A stretch of 64,000 bases of DNA from a bacterium (GCA_035402825.1 DAONDZ010000005.1:8276-72275); one strand, 5' to 3'. Counted from the first letter of the stretch, positions 19,384 through 29,843 are shown. Notes: generated from the sequence alone by a model not told the origin. Translations and numbers: made by a program.

Positions 19384-20097
19384 CTAAAAAACACTATATT
19401 CCACTATTTTGGGGATAATTCCGATAATTTCCAAACGAATCTCTTCCGGCAGTTGAAACTTCTCTAAAAATGGCGAATCTTCGGACAATATTAATCGCAT
19501 CACCTTAATCGCTCCGTCAGACAAAGCCACTACTATCCCGGCTTCCCTTTCGGGACGACAATGAACGCAAACAATTTCTCCTCCTTCAGACTTGAAATGA
19601 TTAGCCCCGGCCACTAGCTCCTGCTGGCAATGGGCGCAATGATATAGATCTGGCTGGTATCCCAAGAGAGCGATTAATTTCAAACTAAAAGCCTGAAGCA
19701 GCCACTCCGGATCAGCGGTCTTTTCCATGGCCTGTAAAAAAGAAATTAATAGTGTAAACAGCTCGCCATCGGCGTGCTCTAAATGGACTAGGCGGTTAAA
19801 AAGGTTAAAACCCAGACCGCTATAATAGACTTTATTCAGATCTGATTTAATACCGCTATAAGCATCAACATTAATGGCGCTGCCGACATAATGACGATTT
19901 TTGCCGCGAATGACCATTAAATTAATCAGAGTTATCGGTTCTAAGTGAGCGGCCAGCTTGGAACTGGGACGCAGCATGCCGCGAGCCACTAAATCCAATT
20001 TTCCTTTTTGAGGACTGTATACTAAAACGCGGCCATCAAATTCTCGATGCGCCTCGCGTTTCAAAACTATCGCGGGAGTAGAATATGTTTCTTCCAT
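19384..20097 (-). CDS. recO: DNA repair protein RecO
   Basis: OB-fold N-terminus, LGYQPDL followed by CAHC..CVHC zinc finger. Confidence 0.92.
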   Translation of the reverse strand: MEETYSTPAIVLKREAHREFDGRVLVYSPQKGKLDLVARGMLRPSSKLAAHLEPITLINLMVIRGKNRHYVGSAINVDAYSGIKSDLNKVYYSGLGFNLFNRLVHLEHADGELFTLLISFLQAMEKTADPEWLLQAFSLKLIALLGYQPDLYHCAHCQQELVAGANHFKSEGGEIVCVHCRPEREAGIVVALSDGAIKVMRLILSEDSPFLEKFQLPEEIRLEIIGIIPKIVEYSVF

Positions 20098-20486
20098 TAG
20101 GTTAATAATAATCCGTCTAAATAATTTTGCAAAATTAACATCGCCGCTACGGCATCCCTTTCCGCCTTATCCTCTTTTTCTCCCACTAAGGCATCAGCGG
20201 CTAAGCTGGAAAGCCGTTCATCGGCTAAGTTCACTTTCACTCCGGCCTCGGCTTCTAACTTTTTCCTAAAAGCTAAAAAATCAGGATTAGCCTCGGCGCC
20301 GGACATTTTTTTCGGTTCTCCCAAAACTATTTCATCTATTCCTTCGCTGTTTATCACCTCTAAAACCGCGAACAAAGAATCAACCACCTTAAACGGCAAA
20401 GCTAAACCGGTTTCACTATCGGCTAAAGCCAAACCAATTCGTTTTTCTCCCCAATCAACTCCTAAATATTTAATATTCTCTTCCAT
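20097..20486 (-). CDS. ruvX: YqgF/RuvX family nuclease
   Basis: LGVDWGEKRIGLA, DERLSS, DAVAA..ILQ. Confidence 0.92.
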   Translation of the reverse strand: MEENIKYLGVDWGEKRIGLALADSETGLALPFKVVDSLFAVLEVINSEGIDEIVLGEPKKMSGAEANPDFLAFRKKLEAEAGVKVNLADERLSSLAADALVGEKEDKAERDAVAAMLILQNYLDGLLLT

Positions 20487-20487
20487 A

Positions 20488-21267
20488 TTATTGGGTTAAG
20501 ATCACCGGGCCCTTTTTGGTAATGGCCACGGAATGTTCAAAGTGAGCGCTTAGCGATCCATCAGCGGTCAAAGCGGTATAGCCATTCTTAGCTATTTTCA
20601 CTCGCCAAGAACCAGCATTAATCATCGGCTCAATCGCCAAAACCATGCCCGGCTCTAAAACTATATTTTCCGGAGAACGCGGTCCGATTTCGTAGTTAAA
20701 GACATCAGGCTCTTCATGGGCTTGGTGGCCGACGCCATGGCCAACAAAATCCTTCACCACGCCATATCCTTGGTTGACGCAATATTCTTCAATTACCTTA
20801 CCAATATCATTTAAAGTATTGCCCGGTTGAGCCATCTTGATACCCCGATACAAAGATTGTTCGGAAACTTTCAAAAGTTTGCGAGTGGCTTTGTCCACCT
20901 TCCCCACGGCCACGGTATAACAAGTGTCGGTGAACAAACCATTGCCTTTCGGCCATTTCATGCCAATATCTAAATCCACAATATCGCCGGAACGCAATAT
21001 CCTCTCCGGCAAAGCTGGACCATGAACCACTTCGTCGTTTATAGAAACACATAAAGCGGTAGGAAAGAATATTCCCCCGCCCATCGGGTAGTCTTTAAAG
21101 GCTGGTTCCCCGCCCGCCTGAGCAATCATTTTTAAGGCTGTTTCTTCCAAAACCGCCGTACTCAATCCAGGCTTCACCATCTTCACTAGATGCCTCAAAA
21201 TTAGGGCTAATTTATGCCCTCCTTGCCGCATTAGTTCTATTTCCGCCTCATTCTTCAGTCTAATCAT
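20488..21267 (-). CDS. map: Methionine aminopeptidase type I
   Basis: CVSINDEVVHG, GHGVG, AIEPM, SAHFEH. Confidence 0.96.
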   Translation of the reverse strand: MIRLKNEAEIELMRQGGHKLALILRHLVKMVKPGLSTAVLEETALKMIAQAGGEPAFKDYPMGGGIFFPTALCVSINDEVVHGPALPERILRSGDIVDLDIGMKWPKGNGLFTDTCYTVAVGKVDKATRKLLKVSEQSLYRGIKMAQPGNTLNDIGKVIEEYCVNQGYGVVKDFVGHGVGHQAHEEPDVFNYEIGPRSPENIVLEPGMVLAIEPMINAGSWRVKIAKNGYTALTADGSLSAHFEHSVAITKKGPVILTQ

Positions 21268-21359
21268 ATAGCCTCATTTTAGCACCAATTATCGCCCTCT
21301 TCAACCATTTGACAATATTTAACAATTATTATGTAATTCAAGTTTAAAAATACCCACAA

Positions 21360-21385
21360 AAAAGCTACCCTTCCAGGTAGCTTTT
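21360..21385 (-). terminator. Intrinsic terminator after the pilin gene
   Basis: AAAAGCTACC-6 nt-GGTAGCTTTT. Confidence 0.75.
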
Positions 21386-21399
21386 ATTATTTTCAATTA

Positions 21400-22980
21400 T
21401 TATTTGCTCGGTTCTTCATTAGCCGGCGGATTAGCCCCTTCCGCCCAGCTAGTTAGAGTGTGATCATAGACCGAAGTGCCAGAAACATCAGTATAATACC
21501 AGGCGGTAGGCGGATCGGTATTCCAGCGATACATTAATCGGACGCCTTCTTCTCCGGGTTCTAGCTCCCAGCTATAGAGAACATCATAATAGCGGTAAGA
21601 GCCATCGTCAATCAAGGTGGTAGCTAAAGGAGTGCTAGAGAATACTTTTAACCCACTTTCAGTGTGATAAGAATAAGCATTGAAAGTTCGGGAGATACCA
21701 TAAGCGCCATAAGAGAAATAGAACATATCGGGCGGCGTAATATCCCAGGCAGAATATCCACTGTCCTGAATGGAGTTAGTAGTAATATCTTTGTAATAAA
21801 CTGCACTAGCGGCCGTTTCGGCAGCAGTTTGAATTCCGCCGAGATATTCTAGCAGACCAATAATATCGGTGATAAAATCATCAACTAAAATTCGAGCGGC
21901 AGTGGCATACCCCTGAGCGGCGCCGGTAGTAGCGGCATTATACGCCAAATCCAACTGAGTTCTAAGAGCATTATTTCTATTCACCATATCTTGCAAATCA
22001 GTAGTGACCGAAGGGGCCATGCCTAAATCCAGGCTCAAAAGATATTCTAGTTGACCGTTTATATCCATACTGGCATAGATTGCCTCTTGAGTAATGGATC
22101 TAATATCATTTAATGAAAAAGTACCGCCCTCAATCATCACCATCAGCTCTCTGATTCGGGTTAAACGATCATTGATGCCCTGCAAGGTTCCTTCAGCTGT
22201 CTGGCATTTATTAATAATATCATATTGAGTCGAGGCCTGAGAGGAATTACTTTTTAAAACTAAATAACCATCGGCATCCGGTGAAGCCGTCCAGCTCCAA
22301 TCAATGTTATAACTACCGCTAGAACTATCATCAGTAACATCTATGCTGGCCGCATCGCTAACATAGCGATAGCCATCAATAAGTTTATAAGCATAAACCT
22401 GGATAGATTGATTGGAACCATTGGTTGTATAATTTCCACTGCCATAGTTAATAGTACCAACCGGATTGGTGGCCGGAGATAAATACCAGGTAATTGTCGC
22501 TTGCAAAGTGCCGGCAGAACCGCTCAAACTGCAATCGCTGTTATACACTCCTCCCGGAGTGGCACATTTAGGACCGGAAGCTAGAGAACCAGTATTGTTT
22601 CCCAAACAATAAGATAAAGTATAAGAAGCGCCGTCTTCGGTCTGTTGATAATATAAAGTGTTTTGATCAGAAGTACAGTTGCCGTCCGGAGTAGTCGGAG
22701 CGGCGGGAATTATTTTTAAATAAGTAGTCAGCGGGTTACTAGAGCTAGACATAATAGAACCAGTTTCCCACTCCTCTGGAGTCGGATAACGACCCTGGTC
22801 ATTAAAAAACAATTCCAAGGCGGTTTGAACTTGCTTCACATCTCCAACTCTTTTAGCATCGCGAGATCTGGCTCGGGCACTGCTTAGAGCAACTACCGAT
22901 AGAGACGCCAGGAGGCCGATAATGGCAATCACCACTAACAGCTCCACCAGGGTAAAGCCCTTTTTTTGTTTTATCATCAT
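21400..22980 (-). CDS. Large type IV pilin-like protein with two beta-sandwich repeats and a flagellin D1-like insert
   Basis: Prepilin motif KKG/FTLVELLVVIAIIGLLA, ARSRDAKR..D; internal QTAEGTLQGINDRLTRIREL segment. Confidence 0.88.
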   Translation of the reverse strand: MMIKQKKGFTLVELLVVIAIIGLLASLSVVALSSARARSRDAKRVGDVKQVQTALELFFNDQGRYPTPEEWETGSIMSSSSNPLTTYLKIIPAAPTTPDGNCTSDQNTLYYQQTEDGASYTLSYCLGNNTGSLASGPKCATPGGVYNSDCSLSGSAGTLQATITWYLSPATNPVGTINYGSGNYTTNGSNQSIQVYAYKLIDGYRYVSDAASIDVTDDSSSGSYNIDWSWTASPDADGYLVLKSNSSQASTQYDIINKCQTAEGTLQGINDRLTRIRELMVMIEGGTFSLNDIRSITQEAIYASMDINGQLEYLLSLDLGMAPSVTTDLQDMVNRNNALRTQLDLAYNAATTGAAQGYATAARILVDDFITDIIGLLEYLGGIQTAAETAASAVYYKDITTNSIQDSGYSAWDITPPDMFYFSYGAYGISRTFNAYSYHTESGLKVFSSTPLATTLIDDGSYRYYDVLYSWELEPGEEGVRLMYRWNTDPPTAWYYTDVSGTSVYDHTLTSWAEGANPPANEEPSK

Positions 22981-23007
22981 AAATAAAAATAAAGTTTATC
23001 TAAGACT

Positions 23008-23036
23008 ATTTTACTACACTTCTCCCCTTCTGACAA
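23008..23036 (-). promoter_or_regulatory. Sigma70 promoter of the pilin gene
   Basis: TTGTCA-17 bp-TAAAAT. Confidence 0.6.
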
Positions 23037-23048
23037 CAGGAAAAACAA

Positions 23049-23074
23049 AAAAGCTGCCTGTAGAGGCAGCTTTT
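23049..23074 (-). terminator. Terminator of the spc/secY operon
   Basis: AAAAGCTGCC-6 nt-GGCAGCTTTT. Confidence 0.8.
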
Positions 23075-23094
23075 TCTATATTCACTTCAGTTGA

Positions 23095-24363
23095 TTATAA
23101 TCCATCATATTCCCGCATGGTCAGCTGGGACTTAATCTGTTTGACCATATCAATCACCACCGAAACTACGATCAACAAGCTGGTGCCGCCGATAGCCAAA
23201 GACTGGATGCCGGTGAAGTAGCGCATAATTAAAGGCAAGATAGCGATGATGCCTAAAAACAAAGCGCCGACTAGAATAATCTTGTGGGTGGTGTTGCCCA
23301 AATATTCTTCGGTCTGTTGACCCGGACGAATACCAGGAATGAAGCCACCATTCTTCTGCAAGTTTTCCGCAATCTGTTTGGGGTGGAAAATAACTTCGGT
23401 ATAGAAATAGGTAAAAGCAAAAACTAACAAAAAATAGATGATGCCGTAGAATAATTGATTCTGGAATAAAGCGATAGTCTTCTCTGCTCCGGTTACCAGC
23501 CAAGCCGTTTTGGCATGCAAGAAGAATTGAGCGATCATGGACGGGAACATGATAATGGAAATAGCAAAGATGATCGGAATCACACCGGCCATGTTGACGC
23601 GTAACGGCAAATGAGTATTGGTGCCGCCAAAAGCGCGGGAACCTCTGATTTGACGAGCGTATTGAATCGGAATATTGCGCTGGCCTTCGTTGATAATAAC
23701 CACGCCGATAACGGTCACTAAAGCTATCACCACGAAACCTAGCAATAAGAATAATTGAGATTTATCAAAAGTCAAAAATAGCTGGCTGGCCGCCTGCGGT
23801 AAAGCTGCGACGATACCGGCGAAGATTAATAAGGAAATACCATTACCAATCTTCTTTTCAGAAATCAATTCGCCTAACCACATCAGGAACATGGTGCCGG
23901 CGGTAATCGCCACCATCATCACTATCATATCAAAACTGGAAACATTGTTTAAAACACCGGTAGCGGAACGTCCCAAAAGATTGATCATGGCATAAGACTG
24001 CAGTAAAGCCAACGGCACGGTAGCCCATCTGGTCCAAGTAGTAATCTTTTGGCGACCGGATTCTTCTTTCTGCATTTCTTCTAGTTTCGGCACAATCATG
24101 CCTAATAATTGGAAAATAATAGAAGAGGTGATATAAGGACCGACACCCATCATGACAATGGAGAAATTCTTCATGCCACCGCCGGAAAATAAGTCCATCA
24201 TGCCAAGCAATTGATTGGAACTAAAAAGCTGACGTAGAGCTAAAGTGTCAACGCCAGGAACTGGAATATGGGCAATCAAACGGAAGATAACCAACATGCC
24301 TAAAACAAAAAGGATCTTATTTCTGACATCTCTGGCCTTCCATAACTGTCTCAATTTTTCCAT
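23095..24363 (-). CDS. secY: Preprotein translocase SecY
   Basis: HIPVPG, GIGNGISL-type motif, AGVIPIIFA, IPGIRPG, GGTSLLIVV. Confidence 0.98.
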   Translation of the reverse strand: MEKLRQLWKARDVRNKILFVLGMLVIFRLIAHIPVPGVDTLALRQLFSSNQLLGMMDLFSGGGMKNFSIVMMGVGPYITSSIIFQLLGMIVPKLEEMQKEESGRQKITTWTRWATVPLALLQSYAMINLLGRSATGVLNNVSSFDMIVMMVAITAGTMFLMWLGELISEKKIGNGISLLIFAGIVAALPQAASQLFLTFDKSQLFLLLGFVVIALVTVIGVVIINEGQRNIPIQYARQIRGSRAFGGTNTHLPLRVNMAGVIPIIFAISIIMFPSMIAQFFLHAKTAWLVTGAEKTIALFQNQLFYGIIYFLLVFAFTYFYTEVIFHPKQIAENLQKNGGFIPGIRPGQQTEEYLGNTTHKIILVGALFLGIIAILPLIMRYFTGIQSLAIGGTSLLIVVSVVIDMVKQIKSQLTMREYDGL

Positions 24364-24373
24364 ATTGGTAAAA

Positions 24374-24790
24374 TTAGAGTTGCTTTTTTAAACCTTCACT
24401 CATTTTGACGCTCTGGAATTTTAGGTCCTTCACGGTCAATTTCTCTTTGCCTAAAATCTTTACCGGTTGATGATCATCTTTCACCAAGCCTTTTTCCTTG
24501 AGGGTCAAAGGGGAAACTATTTCATTAGGTTTGTAGTTGGCATTAATAATGGTCACGGAAACAACTTGGTTCTTCGGGTGTTGGGATTTAAAACCGCGAG
24601 CTTTCGGAATCTGCAATAGTTGCTTCTTCATGCCCAAACGCTTCAAACCGGAAGCGCCGCTTCTAGACTTCTGCCCTTTCAAACCACGAGTACTATAAGT
24701 ACCATGACCGGAAGCGTTACCGCGACCGACTCTTTTTTTCTTCTTTAATCCGCCAGAGGATTTTTTGATGGCATTTAGTCCTAAAGACAT
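24374..24790 (-). CDS. rplO: 50S ribosomal protein L15
   Basis: KRVGRG..SGHG..RG.KGQKSR. Confidence 0.95.
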   Translation of the reverse strand: MSLGLNAIKKSSGGLKKKKRVGRGNASGHGTYSTRGLKGQKSRSGASGLKRLGMKKQLLQIPKARGFKSQHPKNQVVSVTIINANYKPNEIVSPLTLKEKGLVKDDHQPVKILGKEKLTVKDLKFQSVKMSEGLKKQL

Positions 24791-24812
24791 ATTTATAAAA
24801 ATTAATTAAACA

Positions 24813-25418
24813 TTATTTTGTTTCTGTTTCTTCTTTTTTGGCGCGGGGTTCTACCTTCTTCAAGCTCTTTAAAGCCGCTACGGTACAACGAGCATTATTA
24901 ATCTTATTGCCGCCGCCTAAAATCTTGCTGGTGACATTTTTCACACCGGCTAATTCTAAAATGATTCTCACCACGCCGCCGGCTTTAACACCGCTGCCCT
25001 GCTTGGCCGGTTTGAAGACGATCCAAGAAGCACCCATAGTTTTACGGACTTCGTGAGGAATAGTATCGTTAATCAAATTAACATGCACCATATTCTTCTT
25101 GGCCTGGTTCACGGCTTTATTTACCGCCAAGGTCACATCAGCGCCCTTGCCTAAGCCAATACCGATATTGCCATTCTTGTCACCCAAAGCAATACAAGCT
25201 CTGAAGCTCATACGTTTGCCGCCCTGCATCACGCGGGTTACCCGAGCGATGTCCAGCATTCTTTGTTCAAACTCTTCCTGACGTTTCGGTCCACGATTGC
25301 GACCACGGAAACCGCCGCGATCACCACCCGGTCTCTGGCCATAGACAGTCTTAGCGACAGCTTCAGCCACTTTCTGTTCGGTATTTTGATTGTCTTGAGT
25401 CTTTAATTCTTCGGACAT
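24813..25418 (-). CDS. rpsE: 30S ribosomal protein S5
   Basis: RVTRVMQGGKRMSF. Confidence 0.96.
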   Translation of the reverse strand: MSEELKTQDNQNTEQKVAEAVAKTVYGQRPGGDRGGFRGRNRGPKRQEEFEQRMLDIARVTRVMQGGKRMSFRACIALGDKNGNIGIGLGKGADVTLAVNKAVNQAKKNMVHVNLINDTIPHEVRKTMGASWIVFKPAKQGSGVKAGGVVRIILELAGVKNVTSKILGGGNKINNARCTVAALKSLKKVEPRAKKEETETK

Positions 25419-25431
25419 ATGTTAGATAATA

Positions 25432-25788
25432 TTAAAATTGCAATCCGCCTTGGCGAGCTCCTTCAGCCACTGCTTTAACTCGGCCATGATAGCGATAACC
25501 GCCGCGATCAAAGACTACGGCGCTAATTTTCTTGTCTTGAGCTTTCTTAGCCAACAATTCACCCAAGGTTTTAGCTAACTCTAATTTCGGCTTTTTGACA
25601 TCCTTCAATTCCTTGCTGTCGGCACTGACCAAAGTCACACCTTTAACATCGTCAATTAACTGGAGGAATAAACCGGTGTTAGAACGAAAAACATTCAAGC
25701 GCGGTCGAGCGGCAGTACCTTCAATCTTAGCTCTGACCCGAACATGGCGTCTTTCTAATTTAGAATTTTTAGCGATTTGCTTATTCAT
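25432..25788 (-). CDS. rplR: 50S ribosomal protein L18
   Basis: [22 protein letters not shown]. Confidence 0.97.
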   Translation of the reverse strand: MNKQIAKNSKLERRHVRVRAKIEGTAARPRLNVFRSNTGLFLQLIDDVKGVTLVSADSKELKDVKKPKLELAKTLGELLAKKAQDKKISAVVFDRGGYRYHGRVKAVAEGARQGGLQF

Positions 25789-25800
25789 ATAAGTTTATGC

Positions 25801-26343
25801 TTATTTGCTAGCGGCAGTCTTACCAGCCTTGCGTCTAATAACTTCATCAATATATTTAATACCCTTGCCTTTATAAGGTTCCGGCAAACGCAAGCGGCGA
25901 ATCTGAGCGGCTACTTCTCCGACGGCCTGTTTGTCAATTCCTTGAATAGTCAAGAAATTGCCATCAGAAACAGCGGAAATACCAGCCGGCAACGGAAACT
26001 CAATCGGATGGGAGAAACCTAGGTTCAAAGTCAATTTCTGACCGCTCACCTGGGTGCGATAACCGACACCTTTGATTTCCATTTTCTTTTCAAAGCCGAC
26101 CGTTACGCCTAAAACCATATTGTTAATCAAATTGCGGCATAATCCCCAAAGAGCTCTTTGTTTTACATCTTCGGCATCTTCCACTTTGACAATAGCTTCC
26201 TTTTCGGTAATTTCCAGGCTAACTTTTTTCGGCAACTCAAAGCTAAGCTCGCCTTTAGGGCCTTTAACTTTCACCAAAGAACCGGACAAAGTCAGATTAA
26301 CTCCAGCGACTAATTCAATTGGTAATTTTCCTAAGCGAGACAT
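25801..26343 (-). CDS. rplF: 50S ribosomal protein L6
   Basis: MSRLGK, PEPYKGKGI. Confidence 0.97.
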   Translation of the reverse strand: MSRLGKLPIELVAGVNLTLSGSLVKVKGPKGELSFELPKKVSLEITEKEAIVKVEDAEDVKQRALWGLCRNLINNMVLGVTVGFEKKMEIKGVGYRTQVSGQKLTLNLGFSHPIEFPLPAGISAVSDGNFLTIQGIDKQAVGEVAAQIRRLRLPEPYKGKGIKYIDEVIRRKAGKTAASK

Positions 26344-26361
26344 ATATAATTAAATTAAAGA

Positions 26362-26778
26362 TTAATAAATTTCGCAGAGAACTTCGCCACCGATCTTTTC
26401 CCGCCAAGCCTGCTTGTTAGTCATCAGTCCCTTGGGGGTAGAAATAATAGCCATACCCAAGCCGTTTAGAACTCGCGGCAAGTTATCAGCCGGCACATAA
26501 ATTCTCAAACCCGGCTTGCTAATTCTCTTCAAACAAGTAATTTTAGAAAAACCTTCGGCATCGTATTTCAAAACCAATTTGATTTCGTCAAAAATAGCTG
26601 AGCCATTCTTCTTTACTGCCTGGCTTTTAATTAATTCAGTTTTAGCAATCCAGCCCTCGCGCTCTAAGATCTTGGCAATCTCTAATTTGATTTTAGAGAA
26701 TGGCAAACAGACCTCCGCCTTTTTTACCATGGCCGCGTTCCTGATACGAGTTAGCATGTCTGCGATTGGATCCGTCAT
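26362..26778 (-). CDS. rpsH: 30S ribosomal protein S8
   Basis: DPIADMLTRIRNA, SKPGLRIY. Confidence 0.97.
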   Translation of the reverse strand: MTDPIADMLTRIRNAAMVKKAEVCLPFSKIKLEIAKILEREGWIAKTELIKSQAVKKNGSAIFDEIKLVLKYDAEGFSKITCLKRISKPGLRIYVPADNLPRVLNGLGMAIISTPKGLMTNKQAWREKIGGEVLCEIY

Positions 26779-26803
26779 AATTTTACATTAATTAAAAATA
26801 TAA

Positions 26804-26989
26804 TTACCAGCTGGCCTTCTTGATGCCCGGCAAATCACCGTTATCCGCCAATTCCCGAAAACAAATACGACAAAGCTTGAAATCACGCATGTAGCCGTGC
26901 AAACGGCCGCAGCGCCAGCAACGATGGATTTTCCGGGTGGAAAATTTCGGTTTTAACTTAGATTTTACAATTAGGGCAGTTCTAGCCAT
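26804..26989 (-). CDS. rpsN: 30S ribosomal protein S14 (Zn-binding type)
   Basis: [15 protein letters not shown]. Confidence 0.96.
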   Translation of the reverse strand: MARTALIVKSKLKPKFSTRKIHRCWRCGRLHGYMRDFKLCRICFRELADNGDLPGIKKASW

Positions 26990-27004
26990 ATAAATTAAAT
27001 ATAA

Positions 27005-27544
27005 TTAATTCTGTTTAAACGGAAAGCCTAATAAGCGGAATAATTCTAAACCGGCTTCCCTATTTTTAGCATTGGTGTTGATAATAATCTCTAAGCCATG
27101 GATAGCAACCACATCTTCCAAATGGATTTCCGGGAAAGGCAAATTTTCTTTAAAACCGACAGTCATGTTGCCATTTCTATCTACTGCCTTATCAGAAATA
27201 CCGCGAAAGTCGCGTACTCGCGGGAAAGTAATATTTACTAATTTTTCAATAAAATCATACATTCTGTCAGAGCGCAGGGTAACCATAGCGCCAATCACCA
27301 TTCCTTCTCTGACTTTAAAAGCGGAAATTGATTTCTTAGCCTTGGTAAAGACTGGTTTCTGGCCGGCGATCTTGAGCAAGGTCTTTTCCACGCTCTCAAT
27401 CACTTCCTTTTCCTTAGCCTGCTTACCGAAACCGACGTTGATGACCACCTTTAACATTCGCGGTACTAACATCGCGTTTTTGTAGCCAAACTTATCTTTT
27501 AAGGCTTTAACTATTTCTTTTTGATACTTCTCTTTTAAACGCAT
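27005..27544 (-). CDS. rplE: 50S ribosomal protein L5
   Basis: IAGQKP, FPRVRDFRG. Confidence 0.97.
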   Translation of the reverse strand: MRLKEKYQKEIVKALKDKFGYKNAMLVPRMLKVVINVGFGKQAKEKEVIESVEKTLLKIAGQKPVFTKAKKSISAFKVREGMVIGAMVTLRSDRMYDFIEKLVNITFPRVRDFRGISDKAVDRNGNMTVGFKENLPFPEIHLEDVVAIHGLEIIINTNAKNREAGLELFRLLGFPFKQN

Positions 27545-27549
27545 ATATT

Positions 27550-27873
27550 TTAATCAATAGTTTGTTCGCATTTTTTACAAACTCGGAATTTTTTAGTTTT
27601 ACCATCTTCACCTTTTACTAACTTATGACCCACGCGGGTAACTTTGCCGCATTTCGGGCAGATCAAAGCGACATTGGAGGCGTCAATAAAACGCGGGAAT
27701 TCAATTCTCTGTCCCTTTTCTCCCCGGCGCTGCGGGCGCAAATGCTTAATCAGCAAATTCAAGCCTTCCACACTCAATTTTTTTTGAGCCGGAAGAGTCT
27801 GCAAAACCTTACCAGTTTTGCCCTGGTCTTTGCCGGTTAAAATCTTCACTTTGTCTTCTTTCTTGATATTCAT
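27550..27873 (-). CDS. rplX: 50S ribosomal protein L24
   Basis: KOW motif GKDQGKTGKV, SNVAL. Confidence 0.96.
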   Translation of the reverse strand: MNIKKEDKVKILTGKDQGKTGKVLQTLPAQKKLSVEGLNLLIKHLRPQRRGEKGQRIEFPRFIDASNVALICPKCGKVTRVGHKLVKGEDGKTKKFRVCKKCEQTID

Positions 27874-27894
27874 AAAATAATAAATGAATCTAAA

Positions 27895-28266
27895 TTACAA
27901 TACTTCCGGGGCCAAGGAAATAATCTTCATATATCCAGCTTGGCGCAATTCTCGAGCCACCGGCCCAAAAATACGGCTCCCCTTCGGTTCTTTCTTTTCC
28001 TTATCAATAATCACGCAAGCATTATCATCAAAGCGCAGATAAGAACCATCAGCGCGGCGGATTTCTTTTTTAGTGCGAACAATAACGGCATAAACTACAT
28101 CGCTCTTCTTGACAGCGGCATGCGGAGTAGCAGTTTTCACAGCTCCGACGATGATATCGCCCACGCGAGCATAACGACGCTTGTAGCCGCCTAAAGGTTT
28201 AATACATAAGACGGATTTGGCACCGGAATTATCAGCTACTTTTAATATAGTTTGAACTTGAATCAT
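27895..28266 (-). CDS. rplN: 50S ribosomal protein L14
   Basis: [25 protein letters not shown]. Confidence 0.98.
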   Translation of the reverse strand: MIQVQTILKVADNSGAKSVLCIKPLGGYKRRYARVGDIIVGAVKTATPHAAVKKSDVVYAVIVRTKKEIRRADGSYLRFDDNACVIIDKEKKEPKGSRIFGPVARELRQAGYMKIISLAPEVL

Positions 28267-28270
28267 ATAT

Positions 28271-28531
28271 TTAAGCTTTAACTACTCGCCAACGCTTGTC
28301 CCGGCTTAAAGGCCGACACTCAACGAAGGTTACAACATCACCAACTTTATATTCATTCTTTTCATCATGAACTTTATAGTGGGAGCTAACGGTATAGCGC
28401 TTGTGATATTTAGGATGGATCTTAACTCTTTCCACGCGGACGATAATAGTCTTGTCGTTCTTATCAGAAACGACTTCGCCTTTAAATTTCTTTTTGATTA
28501 TCGGAGCCTTAGTGGCTTTTGCTTCTTTCAT
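28271..28531 (-). CDS. rpsQ: 30S ribosomal protein S17
   Basis: [21 protein letters not shown]. Confidence 0.96.
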   Translation of the reverse strand: MKEAKATKAPIIKKKFKGEVVSDKNDKTIIVRVERVKIHPKYHKRYTVSSHYKVHDEKNEYKVGDVVTFVECRPLSRDKRWRVVKA

Positions 28532-28539
28532 ATAATAAT

Positions 28540-28740
28540 TTATTTAACAGCTTTCTTTTTTAATTCATTTAAAGCAGTTATGATCATCGCTACCAATTTC
28601 TTGCCCGCTCGAAGAGCACGCACATTTTTCAATTGGCGGTTAGAATCTTTAAAGCGCATTTCGGTAAGCTTAGACCGTTCTTCGGCCAACATCTTGTTCA
28701 ATTCGCTTTCAGTTTTAGTTTTGATTTCTTTATATTCCAT
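28540..28740 (-). CDS. rpmC: 50S ribosomal protein L29
   Basis: Position between rplP and rpsQ; helical 66-aa protein. Confidence 0.9.
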   Translation of the reverse strand: MEYKEIKTKTESELNKMLAEERSKLTEMRFKDSNRQLKNVRALRAGKKLVAMIITALNELKKKAVK

Positions 28741-28745
28741 ATAAG

Positions 28746-29153
28746 CTAGCTGCGTTTAACAAATTGACATTTAATCGGTAATTTATAGGCGGCGGCTTCC
28801 AAAGCTTCTTTAGCCATCTCTTCTGATACGCCGTCCATTTCAAACAATACCATGCCCGGACGAATAACTACTACATAGTAGTCCACTGCGCCTTTACCAC
28901 CACCCATGGTAGATTCATTACCATGATCGGTGACCGGTTTATCCGGAAAAATCCGAATCCAAATCTTACCACTCTTTTTAGTGTATTTAGTCATCACGCG
29001 GCGGGAAGCTTCAATTTGGCGGGCAGTAATCCAATGGCTCTCCAAGGCTTTTAAACCATAGGAACCAAAGCTGACCTCTAACTTGGAGCTAGTCTTGCCG
29101 CCACGGCGGCCCTTGTGACTCTTTCTGAATTTGGTTTTTTTGGGCATTAACAT
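28746..29153 (-). CDS. rplP: 50S ribosomal protein L16
   Basis: [26 protein letters not shown]. Confidence 0.97.
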   Translation of the reverse strand: MLMPKKTKFRKSHKGRRGGKTSSKLEVSFGSYGLKALESHWITARQIEASRRVMTKYTKKSGKIWIRIFPDKPVTDHGNESTMGGGKGAVDYYVVVIRPGMVLFEMDGVSEEMAKEALEAAAYKLPIKCQFVKRS

Positions 29154-29164
29154 ATTTAAACTCC

Positions 29165-29830
29165 TTATTTTTTATTTTTATCAAAAATTTCACCTTTATA
29201 GATCCAAACCTTAATACCAATCGCACCATAAGTGGTGGCGGCGGTACCGCGAGCATAATCAATATCAGCGCGAATGGTGCTGAGCGGCAATTTGCCGACA
29301 GTCAACTTTTCGGTGCGAGCGATTTCTGCTCCGTTTAAACGACCAGCGATACAAACCTTCACACCTAAACCGCCGGCTCTTTCAATCTTGGAAATCATCT
29401 GTTTCATCACTTTGCGGAAAGGGGTACGTTTTTCAATATCTAAAATCATCTGTTGCACAGCAATTTGAGCGCTCAAACCCGGTTGAGTGACTTCTTTGAT
29501 ATTAATATTCACATCGCTCGGACGGATACCGGCCGGGTTGGATAAAAATTGGCGATGTAATTTAGTTTTCAATTCTTCAATACCATTGCCGCCGCGGCCG
29601 ATCAAAACGCCCGGTTTGGCAGTATGGATATCAATATTTATCTTATTGGCGCCGCGAGCAATCTCCACTTTGTCCACGCCAGCTTCTTTGAAATTCTTCA
29701 ATAAAAACTTGCGGATTCTCACATCCTGTCTGAACTGATCGATATATTTATCACCTCTAGCGAACCACAAGGAAGGCCAAGGTTTGACCACACCGATACG
29801 TATTGCTTTTGGATTTACTTTTTTACCCAT
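29165..29830 (-). CDS. rpsC: 30S ribosomal protein S3
   Basis: [17 protein letters not shown]. Confidence 0.97.
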   Translation of the reverse strand: MGKKVNPKAIRIGVVKPWPSLWFARGDKYIDQFRQDVRIRKFLLKNFKEAGVDKVEIARGANKINIDIHTAKPGVLIGRGGNGIEELKTKLHRQFLSNPAGIRPSDVNINIKEVTQPGLSAQIAVQQMILDIEKRTPFRKVMKQMISKIERAGGLGVKVCIAGRLNGAEIARTEKLTVGKLPLSTIRADIDYARGTAATTYGAIGIKVWIYKGEIFDKNKK

Positions 29831-29843
29831 ATGAAATAATTAA

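Noticed and set aside
21820-22240. A true flagellin gene or flagellar locus
   Set aside because: D0 termini are absent, the segment is in frame inside a prepilin, and no other flagellar genes are in the window
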